Below, in pieces: positions 37,793 to 46,615 of a stretch of DNA of 64,000 nt. This stretch comes from Candidatus Marinacidobacterium sp. Its GTDB lineage: Bacteria; Acidobacteriota; Vicinamibacteria; Marinacidobacterales; Marinacidobacteraceae. The notes beneath the pieces are model-generated. The model did not search any database. It saw only the letters and a program-made list of their open reading frames with translations, and was not told the origin of the DNA. Where the stretch lies: NCBI GenBank assembly GCA_965220965.1, contig OZ244852.1, positions 824,621-888,620 on the forward strand, read 5' to 3'. Position 1 is the stretch's first letter. Every line of letters begins with the position of its first letter. The position numbers and the translations under genes were made by a program.

Positions 37793-38802
37793 TGATCGCG
37801 GCCGCGGCGCTGATCGCCGGCCTCTCGCTGGCCCCGTCCGCGGCGATGGCGAGCGACCGGGCTCTCATCGTCGTGGCCGGCGTCGGGGGCAGCCCCGAGC
37901 ACCGCGAGCGGTTCACCGGCTGGGCGGTCTCGCTGTGTGAGGCCGCGCACCTCGGCCCCCGACCGCCGCGAGTCGAGCTGCTGGTCGAGCGGCCCGACCC
38001 CGAGGCTTCGGGCGTGTGCGCCCCCACCGGGCGCAGCCGCCGCGAGGAGATCGCCGCCCGGCTCTCCGCCGCCCGCGAGGACGAGGAGCTGATGCTCGTG
38101 CTCATCGGGCACGGCAGCCGCGATCCCGGGGCGCGCTTCAACCTTCCCGGGCCCGACCTCTCGCCCGCCGATCTTGCCGGCATGCTCGACGGCTACGGCG
38201 GCGAGGTCACGGTGGCGCACCTCGGAAGCGCCTCCGGCGCGTTCCTCCCCGCGCTCTCCGGTCCGCGGCGGGTCATCCTCACCGCGACCACCGCCACCCA
38301 GGCGAACGAGACCCGGTTCCCGAAGCATTTCGTCGAGGCGCTCACCGCGCGCGACGGGGAGGACGACCTCGACGCCGACCGGAACAAGGACGGGGTGCTG
38401 ACCGCCCTCGAGGCCTTCGACTTCGCCCGCGCCGCGGTGGAGCGCGAGTACGAGGAGGCCGGCCTGCTGCGGACCGAGCACCCGCTCCTCGACGACAACG
38501 GCGATGGCGCGGGCAGCCGCGAGCCCGGAACCGATCCGGGCGCGGACGGCGTTCTCGCCTCCCGCACCGCCGTGCTCCTCCTCGAGGGGACCGCGGCGCT
38601 CGAGGCGGCGGCGGCGGAAGACAACGAGGAGTTGCGCGCGCTCCTCGAGCGGCGCGACGAGCTGGCGGCGCAGGTGGACGTGCTCCGGGCGACGCGCGAC
38701 GCGATCGACGAGGAGACCTACCTCAACGAACTGGAGGATCTGCTCCTCGAGATCGCCGCTCTCAACGAGGAGATCAGCGCCCTCCGGGAGCCGGGCTCGT
38801 GA
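37792..38802 (+). CDS. Secreted legumain/caspase-fold (peptidase C13-like) protein with C-terminal coiled coil
   Basis: ATG at 37792 shares 1 nt with the upstream stop. ALIVVAGVGG ... LMLVLIGHGS ... VAHLGSASGAFLP ... VILTATTATQ follows the C13 His-Gly / Ala-Cys block order. Ser occupies the expected Cys position. Confidence 0.5.
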   Translation: MIAAAALIAGLSLAPSAAMASDRALIVVAGVGGSPEHRERFTGWAVSLCEAAHLGPRPPRVELLVERPDPEASGVCAPTGRSRREEIAARLSAAREDEELMLVLIGHGSRDPGARFNLPGPDLSPADLAGMLDGYGGEVTVAHLGSASGAFLPALSGPRRVILTATTATQANETRFPKHFVEALTARDGEDDLDADRNKDGVLTALEAFDFARAAVEREYEEAGLLRTEHPLLDDNGDGAGSREPGTDPGADGVLASRTAVLLLEGTAALEAAAAEDNEELRALLERRDELAAQVDVLRATRDAIDEETYLNELEDLLLEIAALNEEISALREPGS

Positions 38803-41528
38803 GGCTCGGACTCTTCGCGCTCGCCGGGGCGCTCGGGTTCGGCCTGTCGGGCCCGTCGGCGGCGTCCGGCTGGCCGGAGGGACCGGAGGCGGCGGCCGCG
38901 GCCCTGCGAAGCGGGGACTGGGAGGCCGCCGAACGCGAGTACCGCGGCTTCGTGGAGGGCCCTGGCTGCGCGCGCGACGCGGCCGCTGGCGAGAGCTGCA
39001 TCGCGGCGCGCCGCGGCCTCGCCGAGACGCTGCGCCTCACCGGTCGCTACGCCGACGCCGTCGAGGTCCTCGAAGCGGAGGCGGCGTCGTCGTCGCCCGG
39101 CGTCCTGCTGGACCGGGCCCGGATCCATCTGGAGGTCGGGGAAGCGGGCGCCGCGTCCGGGCTGCTCCGGCGGCTGCTGGTGGCGCCCGGCCCCGGTTCG
39201 CTCTCCGAGACGGTCGAGGCGGCGTCGCTTCTCGGGCGCCTCGAACTGCGGCTCGGGGAGCGCGAGTCCGGGCTGGCCCGCCTCGACGGGGTGCTGGACG
39301 CCTACAACACCGCGCCGGTCGCGGCGTTCACGCCGCGCGGCCTGGTCGCGGTGGGGACCGCGGCGGCGACCCTCGGCTTCCAGAGCTCGGGCCTCTTCCG
39401 CGACGCGCTTCGCGTCTTCGACGACGCGGCGGCGCTCGATCCCGACGACCCGGCCCCCCGCATCGCCGCCGGGGAGCTTCTCCTGTCCAAGTTCAACAGC
39501 GCCGAGGCGCTCGAGAGCTTCCAGGCGGTCCTTTCCGGGAACCCCCGGCATCCGGAGGCGCTCTTCGGTGTGGCGCGGATCCCGGCGGCGATGCGCGGCC
39601 CCCAGATCCCCGGCGCCGCGCCCGACGGGGCCGGCGGCCCCCTGGAGCGGGCGCTCGAGGCGAACCCGGTCCACCCGCCGGCGCGGGCGCTCGAGATCCA
39701 CCGGCTCCTCGAGGCCGGACGCCTCGAAGAAGCCCGGGCCCGGGCGGAGGATGCGGCGGAGGCGCTGCCGAAGGCCTCCGAAGTCCTGGTCGCGCTCGGC
39801 GCGGTTCGGTTCGTCGGTGACGACCAGGACGCGCTGCGGGACATCGAGGCGCGATTCGTCGCGGCGTGGCCGGGCGACCCGGCGTTCCACATCGGGATGG
39901 CGGAGGCGGCGGAACGCCAGCGCCTCTACCGGGAGGCGGGGGAACGGGCGAGGGCGGCGCTCGCGCTGGCGCCCGCTTCGGCGGGGGCGGCGCGGCTCCT
40001 CGGGCTGAACCAGCTTCGTCTCGGCGACATCGAGGACGGCCGGCAGACCCTCGCCGCCGCCTTCGAGCGGGATCCGTTCGACGCGCTGCTCAAGAACAAC
40101 CTCGACCTGCTCGACGAGCTCGCCGGGTTCGAGGCGCTGGAGGCGCCGCCGTTCGACATCGCGCTGCCCGCCGACGAGGCGGAGCTTCTCGGCCCCTACG
40201 TCGCCGAGGTCGCCGCCGAGGCGCTCGAGACGTTCCGGGACCGCTACGGATTCGAGCCGCAGGAGACGATCCGGATCGAGATGTACGACCGGTCGGCGGA
40301 TTTCTCGGTGCGCACCGTCGGCATCCCGGGCATCGGGGCCCACGGGGTCTGTTTCGGAGTGGTGGTCGCGATGGAGTCGCCCTCGGCGCGCGAGGTGGGG
40401 AGCTACCACTGGGCATCCACGCTGTGGCACGAGCTGGCCCATGCGGTCCACATGGGCATGACCGGCAACCGGGTTCCGCGCTGGTTCACCGAGGGCCTCA
40501 GCGTCCTTGAGGAGCGTCGCCGCTTCGGCGACGGCGCTCCGTTCCTCTTCTACGCGGCGCTTCGCGACGACCGGCTGCTCGACCTGCCGCACCTCGACGA
40601 GGGCTTCATCCGTCCGACATGGCCGGGGCAGGTGGGCGTGTCCTACTTCCACGCCTCGCTGGTGCTCGAGACGATGGAGGACCTCTACGGCTTCGGGTCG
40701 ATTCTCGCGGCGCTCAAGGGCTTCCGCGAGGGGCGCGACTTTTCGGAGACGCTCCAGGAGACCGCCGGAGTGTCCGCCGAGGAGCTCGACGAGCTGGTGG
40801 ACGCGGTGATCGAGGAGCGCTACGGCGCGGCGGCCCGGAACCTCTCGCAGCCTCCGGGCCCGCGCGGCGGGGTTGGGCCGCCGGCGCCGGCGGCTCCGGC
40901 GCAAGGGGCGGTTGGCGGTCCGGACGAGCTGCTGGCGGCGGCCGACGCCGCGCCGGAGGACTTCGTGCGCCAGTTGCGCGCCGGAGCGGCGCTCGCCGAG
41001 GCCGGGCGGGACGAGGAGGCGGAGGAGCGCCTGATGCGCGCGCTGGAGATCGCCCCCGGCTACGGGGGAGCGGACGGGCCCCGGCTCTTCCTGTCGCGGA
41101 TCCACGAGCGCGCCGGGCGAACCCTCGAGGCGGAGCGGGCGCTCTCGGAACATCTGGCCCGGGCGCCGGCCGCTTACGAGGAGTGGGTCCGGCTCGCCGC
41201 CTTGCGCCGCGACGCCGGCAACCTCCGCGGGGCGGCGGCCGCGCTGACCGCCGCCGGGGGGGCGTACCCGTTCTTTCCCGAGTCCCACATCCAGCTCGCG
41301 GATCTGGCGGCCGAACTCGGTGAGACCGGTCTCGAGATCAGGGAGCGCGAGGCGGTTCTCGCCTCGGGCGCTCCCGACCGCGCCGAAGCCCTCTACCGCC
41401 TGGCGCTCGCCCACGCCCGCGCCGGGGAACCGGCGAGAGCTCGTCGCCGGGTTCTCGAGGCGCTCGAGATCGCGCCGACCTACGACCCGGCGCTGCGGCT
41501 GCTGGTGGATCTCCGGAGCGCGCGATGA
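38799..41528 (+). CDS. Secreted TPR-repeat protein with embedded MA-clan (HExxH) peptidase-like domain
   Basis: GTG at 38799 overlaps the upstream stop (GTGA). Signal peptide VRLGLFALAGALGFGLSGPSAASG. Many TPR-like helices. WHELAHAVHMGMTGNRVPRWFTEGLSVLEE (HExxH plus downstream Glu). Confidence 0.7.
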   Translation: MRLGLFALAGALGFGLSGPSAASGWPEGPEAAAAALRSGDWEAAEREYRGFVEGPGCARDAAAGESCIAARRGLAETLRLTGRYADAVEVLEAEAASSSPGVLLDRARIHLEVGEAGAASGLLRRLLVAPGPGSLSETVEAASLLGRLELRLGERESGLARLDGVLDAYNTAPVAAFTPRGLVAVGTAAATLGFQSSGLFRDALRVFDDAAALDPDDPAPRIAAGELLLSKFNSAEALESFQAVLSGNPRHPEALFGVARIPAAMRGPQIPGAAPDGAGGPLERALEANPVHPPARALEIHRLLEAGRLEEARARAEDAAEALPKASEVLVALGAVRFVGDDQDALRDIEARFVAAWPGDPAFHIGMAEAAERQRLYREAGERARAALALAPASAGAARLLGLNQLRLGDIEDGRQTLAAAFERDPFDALLKNNLDLLDELAGFEALEAPPFDIALPADEAELLGPYVAEVAAEALETFRDRYGFEPQETIRIEMYDRSADFSVRTVGIPGIGAHGVCFGVVVAMESPSAREVGSYHWASTLWHELAHAVHMGMTGNRVPRWFTEGLSVLEERRRFGDGAPFLFYAALRDDRLLDLPHLDEGFIRPTWPGQVGVSYFHASLVLETMEDLYGFGSILAALKGFREGRDFSETLQETAGVSAEELDELVDAVIEERYGAAARNLSQPPGPRGGVGPPAPAAPAQGAVGGPDELLAAADAAPEDFVRQLRAGAALAEAGRDEEAEERLMRALEIAPGYGGADGPRLFLSRIHERAGRTLEAERALSEHLARAPAAYEEWVRLAALRRDAGNLRGAAAALTAAGGAYPFFPESHIQLADLAAELGETGLEIREREAVLASGAPDRAEALYRLALAHARAGEPARARRRVLEALEIAPTYDPALRLLVDLRSAR

Positions 41529-42394
41529 GACCCCGGCTCGTCGTCGTCGCGGTGGTCGCCGCCCTGCTCGTCGGCGCCGGCGGTCTGGTCGCGGCGGGCT
41601 GGGCCACCGCCGGCTGGAGCGTGGCCGGGCTGCCCGGAATCGGGGTGGCCGGATCCGGCGCCGACGAGCTGACCGCGACCTTCCGCCCCGATCCGAACGC
41701 TGTAGAGCTGCCTCTCGACTACGAGAACCGGCGCTACGACGATGAGTTCACCTTCGCGCGCATCCGGTTCGAGCCGCCCGCCTACCGCCGGGGCCGGTTC
41801 TACTGGGGCCTCGACCTGAAGTGGAACCACGACTACCCCTGGGGCGAGGAGAACCTTGCGCTCATCCTCTCCGAGTACACGTCGATCCAGGTGAAGCAGG
41901 GCGTGGGGGATATCTGGTCCCTCAACGAGCCCGAACTCTTCCGCCGTCCCTTCGCCTACCTCTGCGAGGTGGGGTTCTGGCATCCGAGCCCGCAGGAGGC
42001 CGAGAACCTGCGGGCCTGGCTCCTCAAGGGGGGCTTCCTCGTCGTGGACGACTTCTTCGAGCCGTTCGCGCTCGGGAACTTTCTCGAGCAGATGGAGCTG
42101 GTTCTGCCCGGCTACGATGCGGTGAGGCTGGACGTGACCCATCCGGTCTTCGACTCCTTCTTCCACATCGAGACCCTCGATTTCGAGCACCCGGGGCTGC
42201 CCCACCTCGTTCCCGAGTACTACGGTTTCTTCGAGGACAACGATCCGACCCGGCGACTCATGCTGATCGCCAACTACAACCACGACATCGGCGACTACTG
42301 GGAGCACTCGGGGAGCGACTTCTGGCCGGTCGCGCTGACGAACGAGGCGTTCAAGTTCGGTGTCAACTACGTCATCTACGGGATGACGCACTGA
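41525..42394 (+). CDS. DUF4159 domain protein (copy 2)
   Basis: ATGA overlap with the upstream gene. WNHDYPWGEENL...FAYLCEVGFWHPSPQEAENLRAWLLKGGFLVVDDFF...ANYNHDIGDYWEH...GVNYVIYGMTH parallels 34507..35403. Confidence 0.7.
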   Translation: MRPRLVVVAVVAALLVGAGGLVAAGWATAGWSVAGLPGIGVAGSGADELTATFRPDPNAVELPLDYENRRYDDEFTFARIRFEPPAYRRGRFYWGLDLKWNHDYPWGEENLALILSEYTSIQVKQGVGDIWSLNEPELFRRPFAYLCEVGFWHPSPQEAENLRAWLLKGGFLVVDDFFEPFALGNFLEQMELVLPGYDAVRLDVTHPVFDSFFHIETLDFEHPGLPHLVPEYYGFFEDNDPTRRLMLIANYNHDIGDYWEHSGSDFWPVALTNEAFKFGVNYVIYGMTH

Positions 42395-42424
42395 CGGGCC
42401 CTGAGCCCGGACAAGGAGATCTCC

Positions 42425-43516
42425 TTGACTGAAGACGCAAGGGAAGCCGGCGGCGCCGCGCTCGCCGCCGCCCCCGACGAGACCGCGATCGAGGCTCCCG
42501 CCGGGGGGGCCCTCACCGTGTCCGACGCCGATATCGCCGGACAACTGCGGGACGCCACCGAGCGGATCACCGCCGAGATCGGCAAGCGGATCATCGGCCA
42601 GGAGACAGCGCTCGAGCAGGTCCTCATCAGCCTCTTCGTCGGGGGCAACAGCATCATCACCGGCGTTCCCGGCCTCGCCAAGACGCTCATCGTGCAGACG
42701 CTCTCCGAGGTGCTGTCGCTCGATTTCCGGCGCATCCAGTTCACCCCGGACCTGATGCCCTCGGACATCACCGGCACCGACATCATCCAGGAGAACCCCG
42801 AGACCGGGAAGCGGAACCTGGTCTTCGTGAAGGGCCCGGTCTTCTCGAACATCGTGCTGGCGGACGAAATCAACCGGACGCCTCCGAAGACGCAGTCGGC
42901 GCTCCTGGAGGCGATGCAGGAGCACCAGGTCACGGTGCAGGGCCGGACCTACCCGCTCCCCGAGCCCTACTTCGTCTTCGCCACGCAGAACCCCATCGAG
43001 CTCGAGGGGACCTACCCGCTCCCCGAGGCCCAGCTCGACCGTTTCCTGTTCAACATCATCATCGACTACCTGCCGGTGGAGCAGGAACGCGAGGTCGTGC
43101 GCGAGACGACCTCGGACGAGACCGCCGAGCTCCGGCAGGTCCTCTCCGGCGAGCAGATCGTCGAGTTCCAGCATCTGGTCCGCCGGGTGCCGGTGACCGA
43201 TGCGGTGCTGGCCTACGCGGTGGATCTGGCGCGGCGCACCCGGCCCGGATCGTCGGCGGCGCCGGCGTTCATCCGCGAGCAGGTGGAGTACGGCGCGAGC
43301 GTCCGGGCGGCCCAGTTCGCCATCCTCGCCGGGAAGGCGCGCGCGCTCATGCGGGGCCGTCATCACGTGGCGGTCGAGGACATCCGCGCGCTCGCCGCGC
43401 CCATCTTCCGCCACCGCATCCTGCCCAGCTTCCAGGCGCGGGCCGAGAAGATCGACTCCGAGGCGATCATCGCCCGCGTTCTCGAGGAGACGCCGCTCCC
43501 GGCGTCCCGGATGTAG
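42425..43516 (+). CDS. moxR: MoxR-family AAA+ ATPase
   Basis: TTG start preceded by AAGGAG (42411-42416). IIGQETALEQVLISLFVGGNSIITGVPGLAKTL (Walker A), VLADEINRTPPKTQSALLEAMQE (Walker B/sensor), FVFATQNPIELEGTYPLPEAQLDRF. Confidence 0.95.
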   Translation: MTEDAREAGGAALAAAPDETAIEAPAGGALTVSDADIAGQLRDATERITAEIGKRIIGQETALEQVLISLFVGGNSIITGVPGLAKTLIVQTLSEVLSLDFRRIQFTPDLMPSDITGTDIIQENPETGKRNLVFVKGPVFSNIVLADEINRTPPKTQSALLEAMQEHQVTVQGRTYPLPEPYFVFATQNPIELEGTYPLPEAQLDRFLFNIIIDYLPVEQEREVVRETTSDETAELRQVLSGEQIVEFQHLVRRVPVTDAVLAYAVDLARRTRPGSSAAPAFIREQVEYGASVRAAQFAILAGKARALMRGRHHVAVEDIRALAAPIFRHRILPSFQARAEKIDSEAIIARVLEETPLPASRM

Positions 43517-43568
43517 GAATCGGGCTTGAACTCCAGCGCTCGTCGGCGCGCGGTATCCGCGAGGAACG

Positions 43569-44522
43569 ATGGATAGCGCCCGGTTCGTGGACCCGGTCGC
43601 GCTCGCGCGGATCGGCAACCTGTCGCTGGTGGCCCGGATGGTCGTCCAGGGGTTCATCAGCGGGCTTCACCGCTCCTCGGTTCTGGGCCGCTCGATCGAC
43701 TTCGCCGAGCACCGGCCCTACATGCCGGGGGACGACATCCGCCGCCTCGACTGGCGGCTGTTCGCACGCTCCGACCGGTTCCACGTGAAGGAGTTCGAGG
43801 CGGACACCAACGCCAACTTCGTGGTGGCGCTCGACGCTTCGCGCTCGATGGACTACGGCCTCGCCGGCGCCAGAAAACTCGACTACGCCCGGATGCTGGC
43901 GGGCAGCCTGACGGCCTTCTCCCGCTCGCAGCGCGACCGGGTGGGCCTCGGGGTGTTCGACGACGACCTGCTCGAGTTCGTCCCGCCGTCGGCCCGCCAT
44001 CTGGACACCGTGCTCGAGCATCTGGCGCGCGCGGAGCCTCCCCCGGGCGCCGCCTCGGGCGGGGAGGGGTCGCGGCTCTCCCGGCCGCTCCGGAGCCTGG
44101 GGGCCGCGCTCGGCCGGCGAGGCCTGGTGGCGGTCGTCTCTGACCTCTACGAGTCGCCGGAGGACATCCTCACCGCGTTCGACGCGCTGCGGGCCACCGG
44201 CCACGACCTTATGGTCTTCCACGTCCTCGACCCCTCCGAGCTGGACCTCGATCTGAGCGGAACCCCCGGCTTCGAGGAGTCGGGCGCGCGGTTCCAGGAT
44301 CTGGAGTCCGGCGCGGTGCTCGACCTGTCCCCCTCGAAAGCGCGCGCCGCCTATCGGTCCGCGATGGAGGAGCACATCGCCGAGTTGCGCGCCGGCTTCG
44401 GCCGCGCCGGCGTGGACTACATCCTGACGGACACTTCGGTCCCGCTCGACTTCGTGCTGTTCCGCTATCTCGTCGAGCGCGAGAACCGGATCGGCGCCCG
44501 GAGAGGGGCCCAGCGGCAGTGA
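43569..44522 (+). CDS. DUF58 protein (MoxR-associated, VWA-like)
   Basis: GLHRSSVLGRSIDFAEHRPYMPGDDIRRLDWRLFARSDRFHVKEFEADTN is the DUF58 signature. It sits in the canonical position after moxR. Confidence 0.9.
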   Translation: MDSARFVDPVALARIGNLSLVARMVVQGFISGLHRSSVLGRSIDFAEHRPYMPGDDIRRLDWRLFARSDRFHVKEFEADTNANFVVALDASRSMDYGLAGARKLDYARMLAGSLTAFSRSQRDRVGLGVFDDDLLEFVPPSARHLDTVLEHLARAEPPPGAASGGEGSRLSRPLRSLGAALGRRGLVAVVSDLYESPEDILTAFDALRATGHDLMVFHVLDPSELDLDLSGTPGFEESGARFQDLESGAVLDLSPSKARAAYRSAMEEHIAELRAGFGRAGVDYILTDTSVPLDFVLFRYLVERENRIGARRGAQRQ

Positions 44523-46594
44523 GTTTCCTCGCCCCCCTCTTCCTGCTCGGCGGCCTGCTCGTCGCGCTCCCCATCGTCCTGCATCTGACGCGGCGGCGCC
44601 GCGAGCCGATCCCGTTCCCGTCGTTCCTGCTGCTCCGCGCCACGGCGGCCACCGCCCGCTGGAAGCGCCGGCGGTTCCGCCACATCCCGCTCCTGATCCT
44701 GCGCTGCCTCGCGCTCGCGCTCATCGCCGCCGCCTTCGCCCGGCCGCTGATGGAGCGGGACGAGACGGATCCGGCCAGCGCCGCGGCGCCGCTGGACCTC
44801 GCAGTGCTGCTCGACCGCTCGGCGAGCATGGCGATCCCGGGGCGCATGGACGCGGCGCGGGCGGCCGCGCTCGAGGAGCTCGGCGCGCTCGGCCGCGGAG
44901 ACCGCGCGCTCGTCGCCTCCTTCGCCGACCGGGCGGTGGGGCTCTCGGAACTCACCGAGGACATCGACGCGCTCCGCGCTGAAGTCGACCGGATCGTCCC
45001 CGGCGACGGCGCCACCCGGTTCTCGGCGGCGCTCGGCCTCGCCGGAAGACTGCTCCCCGCAACCCGCGGCCGGCGGCGGGAGGTCGTGTTGATTTCCGAC
45101 CTGCAGCGCACCGGTTTCGAGGACGGGATCCCGTCCCCGAGCCTGCCGCCGGGCGTCGGGCTTCGCGTCCGCCGGGTCGGAGGCGAGCCGCCGCGCAACC
45201 TCGGGGTTCGCGAGGTCCAGGTCGCGGCCGACGGCGGAGATCGGATCGCGGTCACCGCCTCGCTCCAGGTCGCCGGCGTCGCACCGGAGGAGACGGTCGA
45301 GGCCACGGCGGAGCTTTGGGTCGCGGGCGAGGCGGTGGACCGGCAGACGGTTTCGCTCGCCGGGGACCGCGCCGCGAGCGTGCGGTTTGCCTCGACCCCC
45401 GCGCCCACCGAGGCGCGCGAGGCCGAGGTCCGGCTGCCCGAAGATGCGTTCGCCGCGGACAACCGGTTGCGGTTCGTGATCCCGAGCGAGGCCGCGCTTC
45501 CGGTCACCGATCTCGGGGACGCGGACGCGCTCCACGTCCGTGAGGCGCTCGCGGTCGGGGTCGCTCCGGCCTTCGCGGTGTCCTCGGGACCGCTTCGGGG
45601 CGAGTCGGCGGTGGGCGCGGCGCTCGGCGGCGCCCGCGCGGCGCTCCTTCGGGATCCGGGTCGGCTGGACACCGGGGGCGCCCGCGCCGTGGCCGATTTC
45701 GTGCGCGGCGGCGGCGGAGTCGTGGCGGCGGTCGGATCCCGACGCATCCCGGATGCGGTGTGGGCGGAGCTCGAGGGGGTGTTTCCGGCGGCGGTCGGCG
45801 GCGTCGTGGACCGGGAGCCCGCCGGGCGCATCGGCGAGCTGAGCCGGCACCCGGTGTTCGCTCCGTTCACCGGGGAAGCGGCGTCTTCGCTGTCCCGCTC
45901 CGCGGTGTACCGCTACCGGGCGCTCTCCGAGCTGGCGGAAGGCGTCGAGACGCTGGCCCGCTTCGACGACGGCCGCCCGGCGCTTCTTTCGCGACGGACC
46001 GGAGAGGGGGTCGTCCTGCTGTTCGCCTCCTCGCTGGACGCCCGCTGGAACGATCTGCCGCGCCGACCGGCGTTCGTGCCGTTCCTGCACCGGATGGTGG
46101 AAGTGGCGGCCCGCCACGAGCGCCTCCCGGTGGCCTATCGGGTGGGCGACAGCGTCGAGCCGGTCCGGGCGTTCGGGTTGTCCGCGCCCGACGGCGACGC
46201 CGAGGTCCTCGTCGAGTCCCCCTCCGGCGAACGGGTCGTGATCCCGGACGCCGGCGCGCTGCGGATGGAGGAGGCCGGGTTCTTCCGCGGCCGGCGGACC
46301 GGCGCGGTGGGCGGAGCCCCGATTGCGGCGAACCCCGCTCCCGGGGAGGCCGACCTGCGGGTCTTCGACGTCGAGGAGGTTCGCCTCGGGGCGGCGGCGC
46401 GGGGGGTGGAGGCTGGTCCGGAGGGCGAGGCGGACGCCGCCGCGGACGCCGGATTCCTCCCGGGGACTCCGCTCTGGTGGGCGCTCCTCGTGGTCCTCGG
46501 CTTGCTCCTCGTGGTCGAGGTCATGACCGCGAACCGTTTCACGCCGTCGCGCGCCCGCGCCGGGCGCGATCCCGGCTCCTATACTGTGGCCTGA
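44519..46594 (+). CDS. BatA_N (TIGR02226 double-TM N-terminal) + VWA domain membrane protein
   Basis: GTGA overlap with DUF58. MSFLAPLFLLGGLLVALPIVLHLTRRRREPIPFPSFLLL is the aerotolerance-regulator N-terminal domain. LAVLLDRSASM is a VWA MIDAS motif. C-terminal TM helix. Confidence 0.8.
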   Translation: MSFLAPLFLLGGLLVALPIVLHLTRRRREPIPFPSFLLLRATAATARWKRRRFRHIPLLILRCLALALIAAAFARPLMERDETDPASAAAPLDLAVLLDRSASMAIPGRMDAARAAALEELGALGRGDRALVASFADRAVGLSELTEDIDALRAEVDRIVPGDGATRFSAALGLAGRLLPATRGRRREVVLISDLQRTGFEDGIPSPSLPPGVGLRVRRVGGEPPRNLGVREVQVAADGGDRIAVTASLQVAGVAPEETVEATAELWVAGEAVDRQTVSLAGDRAASVRFASTPAPTEAREAEVRLPEDAFAADNRLRFVIPSEAALPVTDLGDADALHVREALAVGVAPAFAVSSGPLRGESAVGAALGGARAALLRDPGRLDTGGARAVADFVRGGGGVVAAVGSRRIPDAVWAELEGVFPAAVGGVVDREPAGRIGELSRHPVFAPFTGEAASSLSRSAVYRYRALSELAEGVETLARFDDGRPALLSRRTGEGVVLLFASSLDARWNDLPRRPAFVPFLHRMVEVAARHERLPVAYRVGDSVEPVRAFGLSAPDGDAEVLVESPSGERVVIPDAGALRMEEAGFFRGRRTGAVGGAPIAANPAPGEADLRVFDVEEVRLGAAARGVEAGPEGEADAAADAGFLPGTPLWWALLVVLGLLLVVEVMTANRFTPSRARAGRDPGSYTVA

Positions 46595-46615
46595 CCGGCA
46601 AGGAGCGCCCCTTCC

